Of a stretch of 64,000 nt of DNA, positions 18,832 through 26,794 are shown piece by piece. The DNA comes from an uncultured Chromatiaceae bacterium (GTDB taxonomy: Bacteria; Pseudomonadota; Gammaproteobacteria; Steroidobacterales; GCA-2729495). Where the stretch lies: assembly GCA_964384525.1 (NCBI GenBank), contig CAYLKO010000002.1:35168-99167 (forward strand). The letters are read 5' to 3'. Positions within the stretch are counted from its first letter, which is position 1. Each line of letters opens with the position of its first letter. The translations under genes were made by a program, and so were the position numbers. Below the pieces are notes generated by a model. The model saw only the letters and a program-made list of their open reading frames with translations, was not told where the DNA came from and searched no databases.

Positions 18832-19665
18832 TCAGGCCGGCTTGACGGCCATCACGCCGGCATTCTCGCGGTCATCCATCCGGCCCGGACCGGTGAAGTC
18901 CGGCCGGGGAATGAAGGCGGCATCCAGCACAACGAGACCAGCCTCGCTGCAGGTCCGGGCCAGCAGGTCGGGGTCCAGCACGTTCATGAAAGGCGGCTTG
19001 TCGATGGGCTTGACCGCGGCTTGCGCCTTGGCGGTGGCGCTGGCTGGCAGATAGTTGTGCAGGCCGACCATCATGCCCGGCCAGCGATCGCCCCGGGCCT
19101 TGGCCGCCTCGAACTCCGGGATCTTGGTGCGCCAGATGCCGTAGGGCGTATCCGCCACGAGGTAGAGATGCCCGCCGGGCACGAGCCAGTCGGCCATCTT
19201 GCGTACCGATGCATCCACATCGTCGCCAGCCAGGAAATGCAGGACTCGTGAACATAAAATGGCGCCGAAACTGCCGGCCGGAAAATCCAGGTGGGGCAGG
19301 GCGCCGGCCCGCAGCTCGAGGTTGGCCAAAAGCTCCGGCGGGACCTTGTCGCGGAGAATGTCCAGATGCCGCGGGTCCAGATCCGAGGCCGTGATCCGTT
19401 CTCCGGCTCCCAGGTCAGGGTTGGTCGAGACGCCATAGGCGCTGCCCACTTCCAGCACGGGCTGGCCCGGGCTGCGGCCCAGTTTGCCGGCCTCTTCGAT
19501 GAAGGCATTCGCGAAGCGGTCGCGCACCTCGAACATGAAGCCCGTGCCATTCATGGTGGCAACCATGCGATTGCCGGTCCAGCCCGGCTGGGTCTGTGGG
19601 GGGGTGTATTGCGCCGGCTTGTCCGGCGGCGGAGGCCCGGGGCTGGTTTTGTCTGTCATGGGCAT
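18832..19665 (-). CDS. class I SAM-dependent methyltransferase
   Basis: Motif I VLEVGSAYG, then acidic ITASDLD, and FGAILCSRVLHFL (motif II/III region). Start taken at MPMTDK (ATG 19665). The longer track ORF (to 19827) would overlap the divergent gene. Confidence 0.65.
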   Translation of the reverse strand: MPMTDKTSPGPPPPDKPAQYTPPQTQPGWTGNRMVATMNGTGFMFEVRDRFANAFIEEAGKLGRSPGQPVLEVGSAYGVSTNPDLGAGERITASDLDPRHLDILRDKVPPELLANLELRAGALPHLDFPAGSFGAILCSRVLHFLAGDDVDASVRKMADWLVPGGHLYLVADTPYGIWRTKIPEFEAAKARGDRWPGMMVGLHNYLPASATAKAQAAVKPIDKPPFMNVLDPDLLARTCSEAGLVVLDAAFIPRPDFTGPGRMDDRENAGVMAVKPA

Positions 19666-19806
19666 GATCTTAATACACGTCATTGACTGGCGCAGAGGCC
19701 GATGTCGCCGATACTGACACGTGGACGGCAGCGCAGATGACTGCAGCCGGATGCCGGTTGTCTTCTCTATACTGCCGCATGGACCACAGGGCCGGGAGGC
19801 ATCGGT

Positions 19807-20877
19807 TTGGACAACCAGCAGGAACACATCGAGTACATCGGCGTCGCGTTGCAGATTTCCGTCAAGGGCGTCAACCGATGTACCGACCGGGCGTCATCCC
19901 GGACGCGCATCAACGAGAACATTGCGCGCATCGGTGAGTACACCACCACAGCCGCGAACTTCCTGCGGTTCTTCTACGGTCTTCCGGTGAAGCTGGTCGC
20001 CTTGCCCGAGTACGTGGTCACCGGCTTTCCGATGCGTGAGTCGGTGCAGGAGTGGCGGGATCGCGCCTGCCTGGAACAGAACGGACCCGAGTACGAAGCG
20101 TTGGGCAGGATCGCGCAGTCCAACAACCTGTTTCTGTCGGGCAACGTCTACGAAATCGACCCGCACTTTCCAACGCTGTATTTCCAGACCTGCTTCATCA
20201 TCGGCCCGAATGGCAATGTCATTCTCCGCTACCGGCGGCTGACCTCGTGTTTCGAGCCAACGCCCCATGATGTCTGGGACAAGTATCTCGACATCTACGG
20301 TGAAGATGCGATTTTCCCCGTGGCAAAAACCGAGATCGGCAACCTGGGCACGATCGCGTCTGAGGAAATCCTCTATCCGGAGATCACCCGGTGCGTCGTC
20401 ATGCGCGGCGCTGAAGTCATCCTGCATCCAACCAGCGAGCCCGGCAGCGCCCAACGAACCATCAAGGAAACCTGTCGTCTGGCGCGGGCCATCGAGAACC
20501 AGGTCTTCGTCGTGTCGGCCAACACCGCCACGATCGACGATATCCCGATTCCGCCGTACACCTGCAGCGCGATGTCGAAGATCGTGGACTTCAACGGACA
20601 CATCCTTGCCGAAGCTGCCCAGGGCGGCGAAGCCTTCAATTCGAATGCCGTGATGGATATCAGCGCACTGCGCCGGACCCGGCGGCGGACGGCCATGTCG
20701 AACGTGATGTCGCGCCAGCCCTTTGGCATCTATGCCAAGAGCTATGCCGACGCCGACTACCATCAGTCGAATTTCCTGCTGCGTGACAACGCAGTGGTCG
20801 AGCCGCCGTCGCGCGACGAGTTCCGGCGTCGCCAGGAACAGAACATCGAGCGGTTGGTAAAGTCCGGCCTGCTGTAA
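19807..20877 (+). CDS. nitrilase-superfamily (aliphatic amidase/formamidase-like) protein with non-canonical catalytic residues
   Basis: Aligns along its whole length with the AmiE layout: VALPEYVVTGF (Glu retained), ILRYRRLTS (Arg144 where the catalytic Lys sits), and LGTIASEEILYPEITR (Ser185 where the nucleophile Cys sits). TTG start. Ends 36 nt upstream of the molybdoenzyme gene. Confidence 0.75.
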   Translation: MDNQQEHIEYIGVALQISVKGVNRCTDRASSRTRINENIARIGEYTTTAANFLRFFYGLPVKLVALPEYVVTGFPMRESVQEWRDRACLEQNGPEYEALGRIAQSNNLFLSGNVYEIDPHFPTLYFQTCFIIGPNGNVILRYRRLTSCFEPTPHDVWDKYLDIYGEDAIFPVAKTEIGNLGTIASEEILYPEITRCVVMRGAEVILHPTSEPGSAQRTIKETCRLARAIENQVFVVSANTATIDDIPIPPYTCSAMSKIVDFNGHILAEAAQGGEAFNSNAVMDISALRRTRRRTAMSNVMSRQPFGIYAKSYADADYHQSNFLLRDNAVVEPPSRDEFRRRQEQNIERLVKSGLL

Positions 20878-20912
20878 GTTAGACTCACGATACTTTCCGG
20901 AGGAGCACCTGC

Positions 20913-23753
20913 ATGGCTGAATTCAGCACCGACCGCCGCGGCTTTCTGAAGGGTTCCGGTGCAGCCGCTGCTGCAGCGCTCTCGCTCAAATACATGTCAG
21001 CCACGGAAGTGCTCGCCGCGGAACCACCCCCGGTTTACGGCGTGTGGGAAGACATGATGCGAAAAAAGTGGACCTGGGACCGCGTGGTCCGGGGCAGCCG
21101 CGGCATCAACTGCACCGGTCACTGCGCCTTCAACATCTACGTCAAGAACGGCATCGTCTGGCGCGAAGAGCAGCAGGGCGAGTACGGCCGTTCGGGCGAG
21201 GACACGCCGGACTACGGTCCGCGCGGCTGCCAGAAGGGCATGCGGCAGTCCAAGTACATGTATGGCAAGCAGCGGGTGCTCTACCCGATGAAGCGCGTGG
21301 GTGAGCGCGGCGCCGGCCAGTGGATGCGCCTGAGCTGGGACCAGGCGATCGACGAGATCACCGACAAATTCATCGAGCACGCCACGCAGTCCGGTCCGGA
21401 TTCCATCACTTTTGCGATGGGCACCCAGATGATCCTGAAGCGGGCAACCTTCACGGCCTTGTTCCGTTTTGCCAATACCACGGGTGTGGTGATTCCGGAA
21501 ACCTTTGCCGGCGTGGGCGATCTGCCCGCTGGCGCCTACATGACGCTGGGCTACAGCCTGCCCGGTGACAACATGGCCGCCATCTTCAAGTCAAAATGCG
21601 TGCTGATCTGGGCCTGCAACCCGGCGGCCACGCGCATTCCCGATGCGCATTTTTTCTGGGAGGCGAAATACAACGGCACGGAAGTGGTCAGCATCACGCC
21701 GGAATTCAGCCAGACCGCCATTCACAGCTCGAAGTGGCTCAATCCAAAACCCGGCACCGACACGGCGCTGGCGATGGCAATGGTGCAGACCATCATCCAG
21801 GACGGGCTGATCGAGTGGGACTATGTGCGCGAACAGACTGATCTGCCGTTTCTGGTGCGCGTGGACAACGACAAATTCCTGCGCGCCAGCGATTTTGGCG
21901 AAAGTGATGACCGGGCTGAAAAGTCCTTCTATTTCTGGGACGAGCTGACCGGCGGCGTGGTCAAGGCGCCGGCCACCGGCTACGGTGACAAGCCGGGTGC
22001 TCCGGCGCCGGAACCGGCCGAGCCGCCGTCGTTGAAGCTGACCAACCTCAAGCCCGCCGTTGAAGGCCGCTGGAAGGTCAAAACGCCGAAGGGTGTGGTG
22101 GAGGTCACCACGGTGTACTCGCGGGTGAAGGAGCTTTGCAAGCGGGACTACACCCCGGAAAAGGCCCAGGCCATCACCGGCGTGCATGCCGACAACATCC
22201 GGATGGTCGCCCGCAGCTTTGCGAAGTCGGGTGCCGGCATGATCTTTGCCGGCTATCGGGCCTGCAAGTGGCTGCACGGCGACAAGCTCCAGCGGGCCTG
22301 GCTCCTGATGTGCGCCCTGACCGGCAACACTGGTCGCGAGGGCGGCGGGCTGCAGATCACCAATCTGGCGAAGGCGGATGGCTTCGCGAAGTTTGTCTTC
22401 GCCGGCATCGGTCCCCGGGTGAAGATTGCCGCCATCTCGATCTGGGACTATGCCAAGGCCGATGGCAAGGGCCTGAACGAACAGACCTACGGCAAGAAGA
22501 TGGCCGACCACCTGGACAAGCATTACCAGGCATCGATCAACAACGGCTGGCTGCCCGACTATTCAAAGACGCCGTGGAAGATGGCCTTCATGGCCGGGCA
22601 CAACACCGCCAACTGGCGGGCGGCCGGCACCCGCTTCCGCGAAACGGTGATGGCGAAGCTGGAAACCATCGTCACCCTGGCGCCCGACATGGGCATCACG
22701 GCCATGTATTCCGACTATGTGCTGCCGGTGGCCCACCATTACGAGCGGCAGGATTTCGTCATGGAGGGTCGCACGCCCTATATCCAGGTGCTGGATCAGG
22801 CTGTGCCGCCACTGGGCGAGTCCGAGGATGACTGGTCGATCATGGCGCGCATGGCCAAAGCGATCAGCGCCAAGGCCAGGGCGCGCAAGCTGCCGCCGGT
22901 CAAGGATGTACTCTTCGGCAAGCCGATCGAGCATGACTACAGCCAGGTCGAGGAACTCTTCACGCTCAATGGCAAGATCCAGGGCACGAAGGACATAGTC
23001 CAGTTCCTGATCGACAACTCCGAGGGCATACCGAAGGTCAGCTTCGAGGAACTTCGCCAGCGGGGTTTCGTGCGCGGGGATGACTCCGGGAACGTGCAGT
23101 TCGGCAAGCATTCCCCCTACGGTTACAACGGCCTTTCGAGCATTCACGACAAAAAACCCTATGCCACGCTGACGGGCCGCCAGCAGTTCTACTTCGATCA
23201 CGACTGGTTCCTGAGTGAAGGCGAGGCATTGCCGGTGCACGTCGATCCGCTGGCGATCATTGGCTATCCGCTGCGGCTCTCGATGGGCCATGCGCGCCAC
23301 AGCATCCACAGCTGGTGCCGGGATGACACCCTGCTGCTCAGCCTGCAGCGTGGCGAGCCGGATATCTACGTGAATCCGGATGACGCGGCCAGGCGCGGCG
23401 TGAAGGACACGGACCTCGTCCGCACCTTCAACTCGCTGGGATCATTCATCGCCATGGCGCATGTCAGTTCCAGCATGCAGCCGGGGCAGATGTTCATGTT
23501 CCACGGCTGGGATCCGATGATGTTTCGCGGCCGGCAGAACTTCAGCGGCGCCATTCCGACCGCCGGCCTGCTGAAGCCGACCTCACTGGTCGGCAACTAT
23601 GGCCACATCGGCTATCGCGCACCGGAGTACGTGCCGAACCAGACCTATCACGACTGCACCGTCGATTTCGAGAAGTACGTGGAGCCGGCGAAAGGCGTGG
23701 CTGCGGCCAATCGCATGAAGCTTGCGCCTGAAACGGTTTCCACCCGCGCCTGA
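20913..23753 (+). CDS. Tat-exported molybdopterin (Mo-bisPGD) oxidoreductase alpha subunit, type II DMSO-reductase family (EbdA/SerA/DdhA/NarG-like)
   Basis: SD GGAGGAG upstream. Twin-arginine signal STDRRGFLKGSGAAAAAAL. FS0-type motif GINCTGHCAFNIYVKNGIVWREEQ...GPRGCQKG. Asp-ligand context AGVGDLPAG. 946 aa. Confidence 0.85.
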   Translation: MAEFSTDRRGFLKGSGAAAAAALSLKYMSATEVLAAEPPPVYGVWEDMMRKKWTWDRVVRGSRGINCTGHCAFNIYVKNGIVWREEQQGEYGRSGEDTPDYGPRGCQKGMRQSKYMYGKQRVLYPMKRVGERGAGQWMRLSWDQAIDEITDKFIEHATQSGPDSITFAMGTQMILKRATFTALFRFANTTGVVIPETFAGVGDLPAGAYMTLGYSLPGDNMAAIFKSKCVLIWACNPAATRIPDAHFFWEAKYNGTEVVSITPEFSQTAIHSSKWLNPKPGTDTALAMAMVQTIIQDGLIEWDYVREQTDLPFLVRVDNDKFLRASDFGESDDRAEKSFYFWDELTGGVVKAPATGYGDKPGAPAPEPAEPPSLKLTNLKPAVEGRWKVKTPKGVVEVTTVYSRVKELCKRDYTPEKAQAITGVHADNIRMVARSFAKSGAGMIFAGYRACKWLHGDKLQRAWLLMCALTGNTGREGGGLQITNLAKADGFAKFVFAGIGPRVKIAAISIWDYAKADGKGLNEQTYGKKMADHLDKHYQASINNGWLPDYSKTPWKMAFMAGHNTANWRAAGTRFRETVMAKLETIVTLAPDMGITAMYSDYVLPVAHHYERQDFVMEGRTPYIQVLDQAVPPLGESEDDWSIMARMAKAISAKARARKLPPVKDVLFGKPIEHDYSQVEELFTLNGKIQGTKDIVQFLIDNSEGIPKVSFEELRQRGFVRGDDSGNVQFGKHSPYGYNGLSSIHDKKPYATLTGRQQFYFDHDWFLSEGEALPVHVDPLAIIGYPLRLSMGHARHSIHSWCRDDTLLLSLQRGEPDIYVNPDDAARRGVKDTDLVRTFNSLGSFIAMAHVSSSMQPGQMFMFHGWDPMMFRGRQNFSGAIPTAGLLKPTSLVGNYGHIGYRAPEYVPNQTYHDCTVDFEKYVEPAKGVAAANRMKLAPETVSTRA

Positions 23754-23781
23754 GAGCGCTCCGACCTGGAGTCAACGAACA

Positions 23782-24795
23782 ATGTCACGACAAGTCGCCA
23801 TGGTGATCGACCTCAACAAGTGCATTGGCTGCCAGGCCTGCACTGCCGCCTGCAAGTCCCTCTGGACCGACGACGAAGGCCAGGAGTACATGCTGTGGAA
23901 CAATGTCGAAACCAAACCGGGACGCGGGTATCCGAAGGAGTGGGAGGCCAAGGGCGCCAAATCCGGCTGGAAGGATGGCCAGCTGCAGTATGGCGATCTG
24001 CACGACCAGAACGACTTTGGCAGTGTTTCGGCGCTGAACCATGAAGAGGTGTACTTCAAGGGCACGGAAGATCGCCTGCAACGGAAGGAGCCGCTGACTT
24101 ACGGCGCCAACTGGGATGAGGACACCAGCTCCGGCGACTACCCCAACAACTATCACTTTTATCTGCCGCGGCTGTGCAATCACTGCACGAAGCCGGCATG
24201 CCTCGAAGCCTGTCCGGTGCGGGCCATCTACAAGCGCGAGCAGGATGGCATCGTGCTGGTGGATCAGGACAAGTGCCAGGGCTTCCGTCTGTGCAACCGC
24301 GCCTGCCCCTACGACAAGATGTACTTCAACTTCGTCAAGCGGAAGTCGCAGAAGTGCATCTTCTGTTTTCCGCGCATCGAGCAGGGTGTTGCCCCGGCCT
24401 GCGCCCGCCAGTGCCCCGGCCGCCTGCGCTTCGTCGGCTTTCTCGAAGACCAGGACGGCCCGATCGCCAAGCTGGTCTACCAGTGGAAGGTGGCCCTGCC
24501 GCTGCACCCGGAATTCGGCACCGAACCCAATGTGTACTACGTGCCGCCGATCCTGTCGCAACCGTTCGATGCGGAGGGGCGCTTCAGCGATGAACCGCGC
24601 GTGCCCACCGAATACCTGCGCTACCTGTTCGGGCCGGAAGTGGATCAGGCATTGATCACGCTCGACGCCGAGATGGATCGCAAAAAGGCCGGCAAGGCCT
24701 CCGAGCTGATGGATCTGCTGATCGCCAGGGACTGGAAGTCACTGTTCCACATTCCGGATGTGCAGGTGACGTCCTCCTCCGGGCAGAAGGGCTGA
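23782..24795 (+). CDS. 4Fe-4S / 3Fe-4S electron-transfer beta subunit of the type II molybdoenzyme (NarH/EbdB-like)
   Basis: CIGCQACTAAC, CNHCTKPACLEACP, CQGFRLCNRACPY (NarH-type 3Fe-4S motif) and KCIFCFPRIEQGVAPACARQCPGR. Start at MSRQV (ATG 23782) with a GGAG SD. Confidence 0.85.
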   Translation: MSRQVAMVIDLNKCIGCQACTAACKSLWTDDEGQEYMLWNNVETKPGRGYPKEWEAKGAKSGWKDGQLQYGDLHDQNDFGSVSALNHEEVYFKGTEDRLQRKEPLTYGANWDEDTSSGDYPNNYHFYLPRLCNHCTKPACLEACPVRAIYKREQDGIVLVDQDKCQGFRLCNRACPYDKMYFNFVKRKSQKCIFCFPRIEQGVAPACARQCPGRLRFVGFLEDQDGPIAKLVYQWKVALPLHPEFGTEPNVYYVPPILSQPFDAEGRFSDEPRVPTEYLRYLFGPEVDQALITLDAEMDRKKAGKASELMDLLIARDWKSLFHIPDVQVTSSSGQKG

Positions 24796-24797
24796 TC

Positions 24798-25346
24798 ATG
24801 TACAAATATCTGCTGCCGCTGGCTCTCGTGTTCGGTGTTGCCCAGGCCGACAGCGGCAGCTTCCGGCTGGTGAGTTCCGATCTGGCCGACGGTGGAACGA
24901 TCGCTGCGGCGCAGGTCTACAACGGCTTCGGTTGCACGGGGGACAACGTTTCGCCGGCTCTCAGCTGGAGCAACGCCCCTGCCGGGACGCAGAGCTATGC
25001 CTTGATGGTGCACGATCCGGACGCGCCGACCGGCAGCGGCTGGTGGCACTGGGTGATGTGGAACATTCCTGCGACCGTGCATGCGCTGCCGGCCGGCGCC
25101 GGCAACCCGGCATCCGCTGCGTTGCCGGCTGGCGTCATGCAGGGCAACACCGATTTTGGCGCGCCGGGTTATGGCGGCCCGTGTCCACCCGCCGGCGCCG
25201 CCCCGCATCACTACCACTTCCGTCTCTATGCACTGAAAGTTCCCAAGCTGGAGCTGCCAGCCAACGCCACTGCAGCCATGGTCGGCTTCAACGTCCGGGT
25301 CAATGCACTGGGCAGTGCCGAGTTGACGGCGACCTACAGCCGCTGA
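24798..25346 (+). CDS. YbhB/YbcL family (PEBP, Raf-kinase-inhibitor-like) periplasmic protein
   Basis: Signal peptide MYKYLLPLALVFGVAQA, then YALMVHDPDAPTGSGWWHWVMWNIPA and GYGGPCPPAGAAPHHYHFRLYAL. ATG lies 2 nt after the beta-subunit stop. Confidence 0.85.
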   Translation: MYKYLLPLALVFGVAQADSGSFRLVSSDLADGGTIAAAQVYNGFGCTGDNVSPALSWSNAPAGTQSYALMVHDPDAPTGSGWWHWVMWNIPATVHALPAGAGNPASAALPAGVMQGNTDFGAPGYGGPCPPAGAAPHHYHFRLYALKVPKLELPANATAAMVGFNVRVNALGSAELTATYSR

Positions 25347-25488
25347 AGCCAGCCTCGCTTCGTCAGACATTTCCTACGGGATATTCGGACGATCGAGTCT
25401 GCTTCTCGATGAATTCCTGACATACGCTCGAGATCATCCCGCCCAAGCTCGGCACTGTGTTGTAACGCAGGCCGTGAAGGAGAAAGGC

Positions 25489-25689
25489 ATGAATTGGGAC
25501 CGGGCTGAAGGTAACTGGAAGCAGCTGAAGGGCAAGGGCAAGGAACAGTGGGGCAAGCTCACGGACGACGATCTCGACCAGATTGCCGGCAAGCGCGATC
25601 AACTGATAGGGCGGATTCAGGAGTCATATGGCATCACCCGCGACGATGCGGACAAGCGGGTCAGGGAATGGGAATCAAGGAACAGTTGA
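25489..25689 (+). CDS. CsbD family stress-response protein
   Basis: MNWDRAEGNWKQLKGKGKEQWGKLTDDDLDQIAGKRDQLIGRIQESYG, the full CsbD signature. SD GAAGGAGAAAGGC-ATG. The track's GTG 25474 start was rejected in favour of this ATG. Confidence 0.9.
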   Translation: MNWDRAEGNWKQLKGKGKEQWGKLTDDDLDQIAGKRDQLIGRIQESYGITRDDADKRVREWESRNS

Positions 25690-25717
25690 CGATTGCCGGC
25701 GACCTGCCTGAGGGGCG

Positions 25718-26362
25718 ATGACCATGCCCCGCGTGCGTGTGATGGTCGCCGATGACCACGAACTGGTCAGGTCGGGAATGCGGCAGATGATTGAACGCCA
25801 GCCGGACATGGATCTGGCTGGTGAGTGCCGCACCGGACGCGAGGGTCTGGCCAACCTGCGCGAGCATCCCTGTGATGTCGTGCTGCTCGATCTCGCGCTT
25901 CCCGACATGTCGGGTCTTGATGTGCTGAAACATGTCAAGGCCCAGTACGAAAATGTCACGGTACTCGTGGTCAGCGGCTATCCAGAATCGCAATTCGGAC
26001 TGAATGTCCTGCGGGCCGGGGCCGCCGGCTTTGTCAGCAAGGGGGCTGAGGAAGCGGAGTTGCTGCGGGCGGTGCGTACCGTTGCCAGGGGCCATCGCTA
26101 TGTGGGTGCGGAGCTGGCGGATCAGCTGGTGTCCGGCGTGCAAGGTGACCCGAGCGAACCACGCCACAGCGTGTTGTCCGAGCGGGAGTTCCAGATCTTC
26201 TGCCGGCTGGCGGCCGGTACCACGGTGTCCGAAATCGCCAGGACGCTATGCCTGAGCGTGAAGACCATCAGTACCTACCGGAGCCGGATTCTGGACAAGA
26301 TGGCGATGAAATCCAACGCGGACATGACCTACTACGCCATCAAGAACGGCCTGATGCAGTAG
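25718..26362 (+). CDS. NarL/FixJ (LuxR-type HTH) family response regulator
   Basis: Receiver domain (VMVADDHELVRSG, VVLLDLALPDMSG) plus a C-terminal LuxR HTH (LSEREFQIFCRLAAGTTVSEIARTLCLSVKTISTYRSRILDKM). Confidence 0.9.
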   Translation: MTMPRVRVMVADDHELVRSGMRQMIERQPDMDLAGECRTGREGLANLREHPCDVVLLDLALPDMSGLDVLKHVKAQYENVTVLVVSGYPESQFGLNVLRAGAAGFVSKGAEEAELLRAVRTVARGHRYVGAELADQLVSGVQGDPSEPRHSVLSEREFQIFCRLAAGTTVSEIARTLCLSVKTISTYRSRILDKMAMKSNADMTYYAIKNGLMQ

Positions 26363-26365
26363 CCG

Positions 26366-26776
26366 ATGGATGTAGTGCCCGAAGTGGAAATGGTGGCCGG
26401 CGAGATCCGGATCCTCCTGATCGAGGACTCGGAGCGGCTGCGTGTTCGCCTTGTCGAGATGCTCGACGAGCCTGGCGTGATGCGTGTCGTTGCCTTCGCG
26501 GCCACCGAGGCGGAAGCCTTTCTCTGCATTTCCGAGGATGAGTACGACGTGCTGCTTGTCGATGTCGAATTGCGTTCGGGCAATGGCATTGCCGCAATTC
26601 GCAAGGCCCGTGCAACTTATCCGGTTGAACGCCAGCCGTTGATCATCGTGTTGACCAACTATGCACTGCCTGCGGTTCGCAATCGTTGCCTCGATGCCGG
26701 GGCTGATCATTTCCTCGACAAGATGCGCCAGTTCCAGGATGTGAAGCCGCTGATCGTCGCCAGCCGATCGGCGTAG
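26366..26776 (+). CDS. stand-alone receiver (CheY-like) response regulator
   Basis: IRILLIEDSE, VLLVDVELRSGNG, and LTNYA...AGADHFLDK, with no output domain. Begins 3 nt after the preceding response regulator's stop. Confidence 0.85.
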   Translation: MDVVPEVEMVAGEIRILLIEDSERLRVRLVEMLDEPGVMRVVAFAATEAEAFLCISEDEYDVLLVDVELRSGNGIAAIRKARATYPVERQPLIIVLTNYALPAVRNRCLDAGADHFLDKMRQFQDVKPLIVASRSA

Positions 26777-26794
26777 GGTCTGGACGACATCCTG

